Below are positions 12,730 to 25,063 of a DNA stretch of 64,000 nt, piece by piece (position 1 is the stretch's first letter; the number at the start of each line of letters is the position of its first letter). This DNA is from Lingula anatina (Eukaryota > Animalia > Brachiopoda): assembly GCA_051362555.1 (NCBI GenBank), contig CM120643.1, forward strand, positions 7,874,001 through 7,938,000. Direction: 5' to 3'. The position numbers and the translations under genes were made by a program. Under the pieces are notes generated by a model. The model searched no databases, was not told the DNA's origin, and saw nothing but the letters and a program-made list of their open reading frames with translations.

Positions 12730-14350
12730 ATTGTAAAAATCTGGAATAATGATGTCAATTGGCTGCGACTATTTGAAAGACATTTTCTGATGAGTAATTT
12801 GGGAGGAGTCACTAGGGAAATTACTAATAAAAATTATGAATCATGACAATTAACATTTCTCTAGCTTAGAGAGACAAAAATATGCTAATTTTTTTCTTTC
12901 TCTACAGAGGAAGATTAGGAGACCAATTACATATTGTCACATGACTTGTAAAACAATATCAACCATTAGTTTAGTGTACCACCTGCAAGCAGTCCAGTTA
13001 CTGTCATGACAATGGGTCATCCCAGGGAAGTAATGGCCATTGCTCCACTTTGGTCCAATAAATTTCAACACAATCTGACCACATCAAGCAGGCCACTACA
13101 GAGATGCTTCACAATTTACAACAACTGTCAAACCATGTGTGTGAGCTAAAAAAAAAAAGATAAATATTCATTATGATTATAATAACTCATAATTTTCAAG
13201 TCATATTGTTCATAAAATAAATAAAAAAAAAACTGTGATAATTGGTGTTTGTGTCTCTACAGAGGTAAGAAAGAGGACCAATTATACATTATTATACCCA
13301 CTGTTACTTGAAAAAGAAAAACCAACTGTTCATTTTGTGTACTACCTGCAAGAAGTCCAGTTACATGTTTATGTACCATGGCTGTCCTGTCTCTGGTTCT
13401 TCATAACCCATTCATCCTGAAACTTGCTGTGTCTTGTAAAACTGTGTGAGATGAAGAGATATTCCTGCAGCTGTTATTTCCTGTCTATTTCATATTAGCA
13501 ATTCATGTCCCCCATGTCCAGCCAGGTAAAGTCAGTTCACCTAGAAGACACCATGCTGTATGGAGACTGGGGCTGGAAAAAGAGAAAAGATTATATGAAT
13601 GAAGTGACATAAATTATCTTAATAAAAAGACAGAACCCTGACAGTTCACAAGAGTCAGCAGAATATTAAACCTACAATATACTGCCAAATGTTCACCTAA
13701 TATGACAGACATCACAGTGTGCTGACTGGACAGACAAGTTTAAAATGTCTTTTGGAGGTTGCTGGGCACAATTGTGACTGCCGAGTTGAGCACAATCTTA
13801 GATTAAACATAGTTAGTTCAATAAACGGAACTCTGCCAAATCTGGAATTTTTGTGAAATTTGCACACATGTGAAAAAAATTAAATTTAAAGGAAGCACAA
13901 AATATGATAACTGGTTTGTTAATCTACATGGGAAGGATAGAAGACAAATTATCTATTGTAACACAACTTGTAAAACAAAACCAAGCAATAATTTTGTGCA
14001 CTACCTCCAAGAAGGTTTTTGTGGCATGGTAATAGGTGATGGTGGGTAATGACCACTGCTCCACCTTGGGTTGAATACATATCATCTGTTATGACCAGGT
14101 GCTGTGGGCCTCACTCGCCATGTGCTTCTTTCACACTCGTTCCCATTACCACTTCATCCACCAGGTGGTGGCCCCGGTCAAGACGCACCTAATCAGCAGC
14201 CATGTATTGGATATAACATTCCTCCCAACCTTAATTTTTTTTCTACAACATATAAACTTAAAAATCATTATCCTTGAATATTTTGAATCCTGAAGAATTT
14301 TCAGTTTTCGTGTTGTATAAAGTCACATTTTGAGTGCTATATGCTCAAGC

Positions 14351-14735
14351 TTTTCAGGACAGTGATCCGCCTTCATCCTGATTAAATATCAATTATCTCA
14401 GATTACTTTTTTCAGGACAGCAATCCGCCTTCATCCTGATTAAATATATATCATCTCAGATTACTTTTTTCGGGACAGCCATCCGCCTTCATCCTGATTA
14501 AACATAAATGATCTCAGATTCCTTTTTTTCAGGACAGCGATCCGCCTTCATCCTGATTAAATATCAATTATCTCAGATAACTTTTTTTCAGGACAGCGAT
14601 CCGCCTTCATCCTGATTAAATATAAATTATCTCAGATAACTTTTTTTCAGGACAGCAATCCACCTTCATCCTGATTAAATATCAATTATCTCAGATTACT
14701 TTTTTTAGGACAGCGATCCTCCTTCATCCTGATTA
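14351..14735. repeat. Minisatellite, 59-60-bp unit, about 6.5 copies
   Basis: Unit TTTTCAGGACAGCGATCCGCCTTCATCCTGATTAAATATCAATTATCTCAGATTACTTT; copies are contiguous with no spacers. Confidence 0.95.
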
Positions 14736-14783
14736 CATTAGAAATAAAACTCCCTTTATCTATCATCTAGCTCTTGTACCTGC

Positions 14784-14817
<34 letters not shown>

Positions 14818-14976
14818 AGCCCCGCCCAACTGTCGCTTTCAATCCCAAGACTTCCGGTACCAGATCACTGCAACAAAGTACTCACCCTTTTGTCATCAAG
14901 AATGTGTTTGCATGCATTTAAAAGGATGCTGGAATCGTGGAATGTCCTACTGCATCAGATCAAACTTTTATGGTAA

Positions 14977-15038
14977 GGCCACACTTTTTTATTTTTATGG
15001 ATGACATCCTGCGCGAGCACCGATTTTCGCCCGTTCTC

Positions 15039-15095
<57 letters not shown>

Positions 15096-16004
15096 CCCCC
15101 CCCCCCCAGCCCCCAACGAAGTCGGTTGACGCAAACGTCGTTATTGAATATGCCAGGAAATGAGCTTTCTGCGCATGCGTATTATCGCCACGTGGAAATG
15201 TGGCCGCTTTGCCGTCAAATTCATCTCTTGGATTACTTTCAAATTACACGACAATTAAAGTCATAAAGAGAACGGGTGCTGTCGTTTTGGATTGGTATGC
15301 CATTGATATTGGGCATGGAGATATCACCTTTTTACAATTGTGCGAAAGGCTGGCGGCCGCCAGTGATTATCGCCCGAAAAATTTCAGTGACATTCTGTAC
15401 AAAGCAGCACATAGGCTACCAGGTTTTCTGTAGCGAAAAAAGGGTCGACAAGGGCGTCGAGGTATTTGGTGGGCTGAAGGTCGGACAGGCCACCTGACAG
15501 TTTGGCCGTGTGAGTCGAAGAAGACAAAATGGCATCGTCCGAAATGACCTTTAATAGATTTGGTAGTATTAAACATATCTTTGCATCATTTTTTAAACAT
15601 TTCTGTGAAGTGTTCAAAATGCTTTAATATTCTGAGAATACAAATAAAGACACGCTGTTTGTTTGATATTTGTTTTATTGATTGCTATACCAACAAAATG
15701 CATGAAATAACCTTAATAGATTTTGTAAAAAGAAGTATATCTATTCATGACTTTTTTTTTACATTTCTACAAAGTATTCACAATGCTTTAATATTTTGAG
15801 AGCATGGATAAAGACATATTGTTAGTTTGATACGTGTTTCTGTGGTAAAATTTGTGTTTCCAGCTGTGTACTGACAGCATTCCTTTACTTAAGCAGTATA
15901 TATATATATTTTTTTTGTGGACTGTTTTTTTTTTTTTTTTCGCCCTCTCGCACCGATTTTGGGGTACCCAGAGGATGTCATCCATAAAAATAAAAAGTGT
16001 GGCC
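14977..16004. mobile_element. PIF/Harbinger-type MITE (~1 kb), TAA TSD
   Basis: taa|GGCCACACTTTTTTATTTTTATGGATGACATCCT...AGGATGTCATCCATAAAAATAAAAAGTGTGGCC|taa. Confidence 0.85.
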
Positions 16005-16080
16005 TAACCCATAAATATATACTGGCCTTAGTATAACGTTATTTTATAACGTGTAAAATTTTCCCGCTCCGCCCGACTAA

Positions 16081-16683
16081 GTAGGTCCAAGGAGTTATAA
16101 CTCCTTGGTAGGTCAAAGAAAACCCGCAGTGAAAACTGGGTCACATCTCGGCACATCCGGTCACATGAAGCGCGCCGCTGCTGCTTCCCAGTTATTATAT
16201 CTTCTGATTTTTTGTTTAGATATGATATTATTGATTATTGATTGAGAATAAATTATTACAAAAAGGTAATTTTTTATTGTTATTATAATATGTTTTCTTT
16301 TTGCTTCAACTTTTGCTGGATCTCAGCACTGCTAACACAACGTTCAATTTAAGCAAATGGAGCATTTAAGGACCTTCGCATTTAGAGCAATTAGGTCCTA
16401 CCATTAAAAGTATAGTAAACATACTTTAAAATATTTTAAAGTCAATTTTTGCTTAAAGTCATAATAACTCTTCATTTTGGCCAAAAATTGGATTTTCCTG
16501 GAGTAAACGGCAATTTTCCCGTACTTACCAATGGTCAGCGACCCCATTCCTGCATTCAAAGTTAATCCAGGGTTTTTTTCCTAAACGTACGGTTTTTTGT
16601 TAAAATCTCTTTGGGTTTCCCCATCTTAAGAGATTTTAACTGACGGAGCTCTCTCTGACATCGCATAGTCACTGTTGACCTAC
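16081..16683. mobile_element. Kolobok-like non-autonomous element (GTAGGTCAA TIR, CTAA/TTAA flanks)
   Basis: ctaa|GTAGGTC[20-bp insert]AA...TTGACCTAC|ttaa. Similar left ends occur near 20972 and 63926. Confidence 0.6.
16088..16107. mobile_element. 20-bp perfect-palindrome insertion with 7-bp TSD (minimal P-like element)
   Basis: GTAGGTC|CAAGGAGTTATAACTCCTTG|GTAGGTC. Confidence 0.75.
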
Positions 16684-17551
16684 TTAAAACCGCGGGAAAA
16701 GCAGACAACAACAACACTATATAAGATTCATGAGATATATTCGTCTTTTTGTTAAAAATACATTAAAATCCACAATGTGTGCCATTCTGGGCTTTTCGTT
16801 ATCCGACGCACTGTACAAAAACTCGCAACTTACGTCTGCGTCCGCATTAATGCGTTTGGCGCCATATGTTATTTTGGTCTCGAATGAACGCGAGAATCCG
16901 CGTGACACCATTACGTCATTAGCAATGAATGCCTTGATGAAAGCATCGAAAGCCCTATTGACAAGCACAGATTTTAGTTTTACTACAATAACGGCCGTTT
17001 TAGTGGTAAAATACAATAGAATATATTTCCATGCGTTGTTTACAATGTATTTCATGCGGAATTTTGAATCTCAAAGGAAGAGTTATTATTGCTTTAAATA
17101 TCCTGCATAGCAACTAGTAGGCCTACATGTACATGTAGGCCTACTTTACTTTTATAGATTTTAATTTTTTTCAAAAGGTCTCATTTTTTTCCTCAATTCC
17201 AAGTATGTTTTCTTCTGGTTACGAAGGTTTTGCAAACGGCTTTCTAATAGTATGCCGTGTTTCGTGTAAAACATTTGACTGTGCCCTATTAACATATCGT
17301 CCAGCTAATCATGCTGGGAAGGGGGGGGGGGGGGTAGTGATCACAGTTCACGGCCACAAAAAATAAAACCATCAAATCACACATATTAATTAAAAACTTT
17401 ATTCGTATCTCACTGAAAAAGCTAGTCTGGCGAGCTGAAAATAACTATCACCTAGTATATATAATGACTTCGTTCCACTAAGGACGTGAGATAGAAACCC
17501 GCAATTCACGATTCACAGGAATGGGGTGCTTCACATCTCGGAGAATGATAA

Positions 17552-17992
17552 GGCTTCATTCACATGGAAAGTCTATTTTCTAAATTCTATTTTCTATTCG
17601 CGGTATGTTTAGTGATCACGGTCTGTGCCCTGAATATCCCGCGGCGTAATTACTGGCAGCGCGAAGAAATTTAGCAATTTAGCAAGTTAATGGCGACCGC
17701 GATTGCTTTGAAAAATGTGTTTGTCGATTTTGTGCATATTTCGCGTCTGTATGTTTGAGTCGTCACACCTAAACCGATGAACTCCACAGCTTAGAGACAC
17801 TACTGCGCATGCGTCAAGGTATCAGAATCTCCTCCGAGCACAGCCGAGAATTAATTACAGCTTTGTATAAGTAACTGGCTCGTGCTGCCAGTAATCACGC
17901 AGCGGGATATTCAGGGCACAGACCGTGATCACAAAACATACCGCGAATAGAAAATAGAATTTCGAAAATAGACTTTCCATGTGAATGAAGCC
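17552..17992. mobile_element. PIF/Harbinger-type MITE with ~110-bp TIRs, TAA TSD
   Basis: taa|GGCTTCATTCACATGGAAAGTCTATTTTC...GAAAATAGACTTTCCATGTGAATGAAGCC|taa. Confidence 0.9.
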
Positions 17993-18689
17993 TAAGTGGC
18001 TGTTACGGGTTAGGAAAATATCTAACGGGGCCTTCCGTCCTTGTTTTAACTAAAACGAAGATTTAATAAATGTCTAAAATATTTCAAACGTGACAGACAG
18101 ACAACGAAAGTCCTTTCCTGACAATTCTAAATTACCAACAAGACACCTATGGTCATTGGGCGAGAAATAGAACCCTTTGGCAAAATATCATCGTTCGTCA
18201 AACACCGAATCGGTGATGGCACATGAAGAAGAAGATAATATTTCAAAACATTTAAGCAACTAAAATTAATGATCTAGAGCAAAAATACGCCACGAATGAT
18301 TTTTCAGCTTTTTAAAAAAAGTAGCTGCGAGTTATTTATTGCGTTATCTAAGAAAAACATACTATACATTTTCTGACGTTAGACATTATACTTGCTTCCA
18401 AAAAAGTATCTTAATTTTCTACTTTATTGAAATTAAACTTATAGGCAAATGTGAGATGGTGTTTCGAGCCACAGTAACGAAGGTCTAAAAATGAGTCTGA
18501 ATTTCGTGTCTCTCCGGTTGTCTCTGGCCGAATTCACAATCCTCGGACCAGAATCAGATAACAAATCTCTTTTATGATAATTAACTGTTATGACTGATAA
18601 ATGAAACTACAAATTCTCATTCGACCGCATCTTCCGTATCTTTACGAAAAAATTTTATTGGAAACGCAATAAAAGATAAAAAAGAAAAA

Positions 18690-18890
18690 AGCCCGAGCTT
18701 TTGGCTTTGGGCTTGTGAACCTTCTTCAGGTACCAAAACAAGAATAAACAAGCAAACTACTGGTATAAGTGGCGTATGATGCATGGAAAAGGAACACGAA
18801 GTTAGAAGTGCGTGAAAAGGTTAACGTCTTGAAGATTACGTAATAATTAATAAAACAAGACTCTAATATTCGTTGAGATATTCATTGTCT
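18690..18890 (-). repeat. Dispersed repeat resembling a Penelope-like terminal repeat; second copy at 31960-32120
   Basis: Shared GGCTTGTGAACCTTCTTCAGGTACCAAAACAA-AATAAACAAGC. The minus strand reads CCTGAAGAAGGTTCACAAGCC. Confidence 0.55.
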
Positions 18891-20271
18891 CTATAAAGCC
18901 CCCCTTTTTTAAAGTGACCCGGATTTATTTCCTCGTATTTGGCCACATATTCATGCAGAGAATGAACCAACCGTTCGACTGAGGGGTTACAGAAGTTGAT
19001 TTAACAGAAAACAGCAAACACAACTAGCTTGTAAAGTTTTTAATCGTGTTTTATAGTTAGAGTAACGAAGTTCTGAAAATTCTGTAACCCCTACCTAGAT
19101 AATTTAACTAATTCTTGGTTCAATTTAATTATTTATTTATCATTTTTTGATAAGACAGAGCCGTAACAGCTGTTAGAATATCAGTGACTTTGATCTTACC
19201 GCAAACAAAATGGCGGACGCACCAAGCTGTTCTGCTGATGAAAAAGCAACTGCACTTTCAGCACCCAAAGAGGATCAAGATATCAGAATATCTAATCAAA
19301 AAACCTTTGAATTGTTCACGAAACCCATTGATATTGATAAAACGTCTGCAATTCAAGAATATAGAGTTTATTTTATTGGTTTTTGTATTACCTACCTGCT
19401 ATGATGTCCAATATCAATTAAATTTTTTTGGCAAAATTATAACTTACCAAAATCGGATATTATTATTTTCATTGTGCATTCTGGCATTTTTACTAGTTAT
19501 AAACCTCGTATATGCAATTGTCATTGTAATATTGGTTGCCATGGCAACAATGACATAGTATTTGTTTACTATTTAACTTAAATTCATAAACTGAGTGCCA
19601 AGAGTGTTTCCCACTTCATATTCAGTTTAAAAATTCATGATGACATGTAATATATAATACAAACTGTTACCATAGCAACAGCTATCATAATGACGATTTC
19701 CATAGCAACAGATACATTAGAAGCCATGATTTTTGTTTTTAGTGATGGCACATTATTAAGAATCATTTTCATCCAAAAGTAGCCTTTGGGCAGTGAAGCT
19801 GAAGCCTTGGGTTGAAAAATAAAAAAATTGTATCAACCTCCATTGATATTTAGCAATGGTTGCCATGGAAATAATGGATAAATTACAGAATTTTTTTCTT
19901 GTCAGATTCTTCTTGGCATAGTGTAACTTTCCAGAAAATTTCAAATGGATGTTTTACTCCATTCAAAAGTTATGCCAATTTTGTTTAATTGATTGGGCAA
20001 TTAGGTGACACTTTTGGCTTCCACTGTTACATATGCTTGTATACAAGACTTTTTCAAAATTTTGTGGCCGACTAGCATTCTTGAAAATTTAATAAATTTT
20101 GATTGGCTTGCTCGATTTTCCAAAAAATAAAATGTTTTGGAAAGCTCATGAGTTGCTCTATCAGATGAGATCACTTTGGCTGATATTTAAGTTACTATCA
20201 AAGTTGACCTGACCTCCCTATTTATACAATAAAACATTTTTTTTGATAAAAGACCTGAATTGAGACCGCCC

Positions 20272-20328
<57 letters not shown>

Positions 20329-22743
20329 TGTGTTTAGTGTATGTGTAGGGGAGGGTGTATGTCATTTTCACATAGTCCTGCCATGCACTGTAACGCATCA
20401 GTCAAAATCATGAGTGTGTATTTTCTTTATTCAGTTTCGTTTGCTTGAAGCTGTATTTGTTGTTCAGTTTCCATTTTGGAAAAAAGGCGCGAGACGCGCA
20501 GGTTGAGCAAAATTCGTAAATAGCGGGTACCAAACGAGGAAGTGAAATCACCGGCGATTTCTCGCAGCATTTTCGTGGCTGGAGGCTTACAACGGAGACA
20601 TAATACATTGTTACACATATTGTTAGAAAGGCCATTCAATGCACTTTTTAAATATATTTTCATATTTATCATAGGACCCAAATCTTGGAAGTTATGATGG
20701 AAAACAAACAGCGAGGTTAGATTTCTTCCCGTTTTCGACTGCGTGAGCGGTGTGACCTGACCTCCCTAGTATAAAATACAAAGTTTATAATACCATAGAC
20801 TTAGTAGCTGTGTGCATGAACCCAAAAATATGCTATAGCACGATCAAAAAAAGAAATATATCTTCTTGAAAAAAGAACAGTCACATTAGAACCCCACCAC
20901 CACCAATACGCCCCCTTTGCTATTGATACCCTACAAAGTCAGCGTGTGTAGGAGAGTGAAAACTATGTAAAAGTAGGTCAAAAGTTCACGGATAGGATAT
21001 GCCATGTAAGGGTTCTTAGGGGAGTTAGGTAATCTCCTTTTGCGTTTTTTTTTATTCAGCCAATTTTGAGAAGAAATGTTAGTGTCTTCACGGTAGCCAT
21101 ATAGTTGTAGGAAATTGTAAAAAAAAAAAAAAAAAAAAAGCTTTGTGGTCTTAAATGAGACTTCATTTTCACACTTGCAATCGACATGGAAAAATAATCT
21201 TTGAAAAGAACGATAAAAACACGTTTGTAAGCCCATATACGCGGAAGTAGTCGCATATGCTAGTACAAGGTCCCACGGATAAGGCACTTACAAGTTGATA
21301 TGCCTCATCTTCCTCTTTCTGTTTGATGAAGCATTTTACAGGTAAGGAATATACAGTAGTTGTATAATCTTTTCTGTATCAAGCAACGATAATGTATGAG
21401 TTTTAATCGCTCATTTTTTCACGGAATCGGGTATAGTCGAGCCTGTATATTTGTTGGTCAGTTAGTTAACAGTTTGATACCATGACCGCGTTCACAAGTG
21501 CATTGATAAAAATCTTTTAGTTCCAATATAAGGGGGAAGGCAAGGAAGAGCATGACCACAAACTCCACTGTGTAATTTCTTATACCCTTCAATTAACGGT
21601 TATATTCTGGGTTTGCAGAGGAAGGGAGGGGTGCAGCTGTAGCCAAGTCTTAAAATCCTGAAATGGGAAAAACGTGTGTGTGAAAATAAGCATTTGAAAA
21701 TGATTACAGGTCATGATTGGGACGAAGGAAATAAGGTAAAACTGACAATAGTAGGCTTCAATTTCATATGTTATTTATGCCCATGTATATCTTTGTCATC
21801 ATTACCCAGTGTTATAACCAAATACCAACAGCATTTAATGTTTAAAGCGGGGAAATGAGTACTTTCACATTCGCTACAAATTTCTTGTTAGTTTACTTTA
21901 CAACAGGTAAGAAACATCACGCTATGTGTTAATATCATACTTGTTCTATTTTTACTTACATCATTGGTTTCCGGGGCACGTATAACTGAAGTCACCTGTG
22001 AAGGTGGCAACTAGAGATAAATAACGGTGTCAGTACCGCATTGACCGAGAAATAATTTTGGTAGTGGCGGTGGTGGAGACCTAACAATGCATGTTATTTG
22101 TAAAACGTGATTATGCTGACAGAAGGACGTTTGATCGTCTGGGAGAAAGGAAAAGGCTAACTTTTTAGAGAGGTCCTCCTATAAAATCACTCCCCTCCCC
22201 TTGCGTTGTTGATCAATAATAGCAATGAGAGCATCAGGTGATTTACCTGACCTCGTCAATAATAATGATATTAGCACTGCACCATCATACATGTAAATGC
22301 CAATAAAGTTTGATAAACATGTTTGATAAACATGAAGCATGTTCTTTGTAAAATCTGTGGAACTCGTCAAAATGTTGACTGGAGAATAATGAAGATACTA
22401 CTGGTCACCTGAAAAAAAGAAAGGCTAACTTTATAGAGAGGCCTCTAAAATATTTATATGGCAATTTTATAGTACTGTTAGTGTTGTTCTTAATAAAAAA
22501 TTGATATACATCACCAGTGCCTAAATTTCAGATAAATTATTGATAATTTCTCATTGTTCTTTAAGTGAATATAAGTCACTATCATTGAAATATTTATCAC
22601 TACCGTTATTTATATACTGTAGCCTATGTTTTATACTTATCAGAATTGTTATACAAATAATTTTTTATCACGAGCATTACCATCTTTATAATTCTATTGT
22701 TTTTATTTTTAAGCCCAGCTGTGATATCAGTGGTTCATCAACA

Positions 22744-24273
22744 ATGGAAAGCTTGCTTGTGACAATAATAATAATAAACCAGATGCTGTCTTGGTCGCTG
22801 GCCGCCAATGTTTTACTGGACCCAGAAGGAGAAATGTCCGTCTTTATAGAAGACAACGGTGACCCAGAGTACAAGATGGGGAATTCTCGGTGGTATCCTA
22901 TAGGAAACGGCTCTCACGCCAACAAGTGCGGAGAAATTCTGTTCAACCAAGCCGTCACGACCGCTCGCCTTCGCATCGACTATCTCCCCAACAACACGTT
23001 GGTCGCTGCTGCAGACTATATGCGTGTTATAGGGCGGCCGATAATATACTTTGTGGGTTTGTTCTTCAACGTGCTTTGTATGTGCGTCCTGTTGAGGCGG
23101 GAATTACGCAGAGTGGCCACTTGTAATATCATGATAGCTTTGGCTGTCGCTGACTGCTGTACCTTGATCAACGGCATCTTCTACTGGGTCGAGTACGAGC
23201 TCCTTCATCCAGCGGTTACAGCCAGTAGAGGGTAGAGGGCTCTGTGGTCTGACTGTATTCACGGTGTATTTCGCGCCTGAAATGAGTGCGTGTATGATAA
23301 TGTTGATGAGCGGGGAGAGACTCCTCAGGCATATTAACACGCCAAAACACGAGGTGTTTTTCTCAATTAGGAAGACTCGGATTTACATCTTTGTGATCGC
23401 GGTTTTCCTCATCATTTTGAACATCCCTATCCCTTTATTTGATATTTATTTCTTTGAGTGTGGGCGGCAGATATGCTGGAATATTTACCACGATTCCCCA
23501 GACCTCCTGAAAATACACAATGAAAATTCAGGTAAGCTAGCTACAGTGAAATATTCATCCATGTGCAACATGTACATTAGCCAGTATATCAGTAAGATTT
23601 GTGGTTGAGCTTAAAACGATGCACAATAATTTACAAGACTTGTTATTTTTTAGGACAATGATAGGCTATACACAGAATGTTTATAATTTGCTTTTTAGGC
23701 GAGGTCGGGGATTACTATTCGGCATACAAATGGGTGGCTCTAGTGATATATTGGATCATTCCTTTTTTCGGCTTGCCAATCATTAACACCAGGCTAGTGT
23801 GTGCCGTCTGGAAAGATAATAAGAAGAAAGGGTCGCAAGTACCGGAACCCTCCATACCAACCCCAGACTCCGGTGTATATAGAGACTGGCAAGTCGAAGA
23901 ACAGAAGAGCGTCACTAGAATGCTCATCTCCGTTACAGTGGCATACTGGATCGTGACAACGGGATTCAACATGATTCAGGCTAATATTATCAAAATATAT
24001 GGGTCTACTACCGATTACGAGAGAGCAAAGTTTTCTATGATTTACACAGTTTTCATACTATTATTTTACATGAATCATGCCTCGAATTTCTTTCTTTACT
24101 GCTTGAGTGCCCGCCCATACAGGGAAGAATTAAAAGCAATGTGGCTTGATGCCAAAGAGTTCATTTACATAAAATTTTGGATAAAGATGAAGGGAGCTAG
24201 AAGGTCCCACGTGCGCAGAAGTTCCTCTTCTTATGGCAGCATACGTCACCTCTCCGGCAATCAGTGTGTGTGA
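22744..24273 (+). pseudogene. Class-A peptide GPCR (FMRFamide/sex-peptide-receptor-like expansion type), frameshifted; exons 22744-23531 and 23699-24273
   Basis: Signal-peptide-like start MESLLV; TM1 GLFFNVL; TM2 ALAVAD; TM3 MSGERLL; TM5 WIIPF; TM6 VTRMLISV; TM7 NHASNFFLYCLS. Phase-1 GT-AG intron. The TAGAGGG tandem duplication at 23226-23239 creates a stop and frameshift. Confidence 0.85.
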
Positions 24274-24309
24274 CGTACATGGGACATAGCCTTCGTAACT
24301 TTCACTTAA

Positions 24310-24551
24310 GGGGAGACCGGGGCTAGTTGGACCCCGGGGTAAGTTCCCCCCCCCCCCCATCAATTTATGACAAAGTAACTATGGGGTAAAAGAATTGATC
24401 ACATCATTTTGTAAAGTGACCATATCCAATAGTGCTAAGAAAGCGTCGGCATTCAGTCCAAATGAAATAATTTAGCATCTTAAGGTAACTTTATTAAAGA
24501 GACTTGATGGGGGACAACTTACCCCGGGGTCCAACTAGCCCCGGTCTCCCC
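24310..24551. mobile_element. MITE with ~35-bp TIRs and TAA flanks
   Basis: taa|GGGGAGACCGGGGCTAGTTGGACCCCGGGGTAAGTT...AACTTACCCCGGGGTCCAACTAGCCCCGGTCTCCCC|taa. Confidence 0.9.
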
Positions 24552-24889
24552 TAATGCTGTTATTGTAACAAAAACGACATTATGTAGACTTTGATTTTTA
24601 TTACCTAGTTCGTTTTCCTACTCAAAGACTCGTAGTAAAAACCAATTGTGTTTCATATACAAACCAGATATGAAATTTATCTAACACTGCATGCCTAAAG
24701 ATTTGCACTAATATTTGAATTAAATACTTGTTTTGATATAGATATTATATTTATTTTTATCTGTCACCCATTTTTTTCCTTATTAGGATTTTTCCATTCT
24801 TTCAATATGCCTGCTGCGCTTTCCAGTGTGCTGTCCTCCTTCAAATAGAAAGACAGTTTAGTTGAATTTTTTTTATATCAGTCCAATAC

Positions 24890-25063
24890 CGTTAAAGCAA
24901 TAATAACTCTTCGTTTCGGCCAAAAAATGAATTTTCCTGGAGTAAACAACAATTTTCCCATACTTACCAATGGTTAATGAATCCATTTTTACATTCAAAG
25001 TTAGTCCCTGGTTTTTTTCTAAAAAGTTTGGTTTTTTGTTAAAATCTCTTAAGAGATTTTAAC
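24890..25063 (+). repeat. Dispersed repeat ending in a 26-bp palindrome; other copies at ~16455-16640 (+) and ~36535-36685 (-)
   Basis: ATAATAACTCTTC...TTTTCCTGGAGTAAAC...TACTTACCAATGGT...GTTAAAATCTCTTAAGAGATTTTAAC. Confidence 0.7.

Larger units (their letters stand above)
11150..14210. repeat. Degenerate local segmental duplication
   Basis: 11155-11785 aligns by eye with 13240-13868 (e.g. AAAGTCAGTTCACCTAGAAGACACCATGCTGTATGGAGACTGG is identical in both). More diverged units lie near 12900-13150 and 13930-14200. Confidence 0.75.

Noticed and set aside
14351-14735. Regular repeat array resembling CRISPR
   Set aside because: Contiguous near-identical units with no unique spacers, no cas genes, and a eukaryotic context; it is a minisatellite.
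19150-20770. Probable transposon-derived region (CCATGGCAAC motifs; two ACCTGACCTCCCTA ends at ~20206 and ~20755)
   Set aside because: Matching opposite ends and TSDs could not be located.
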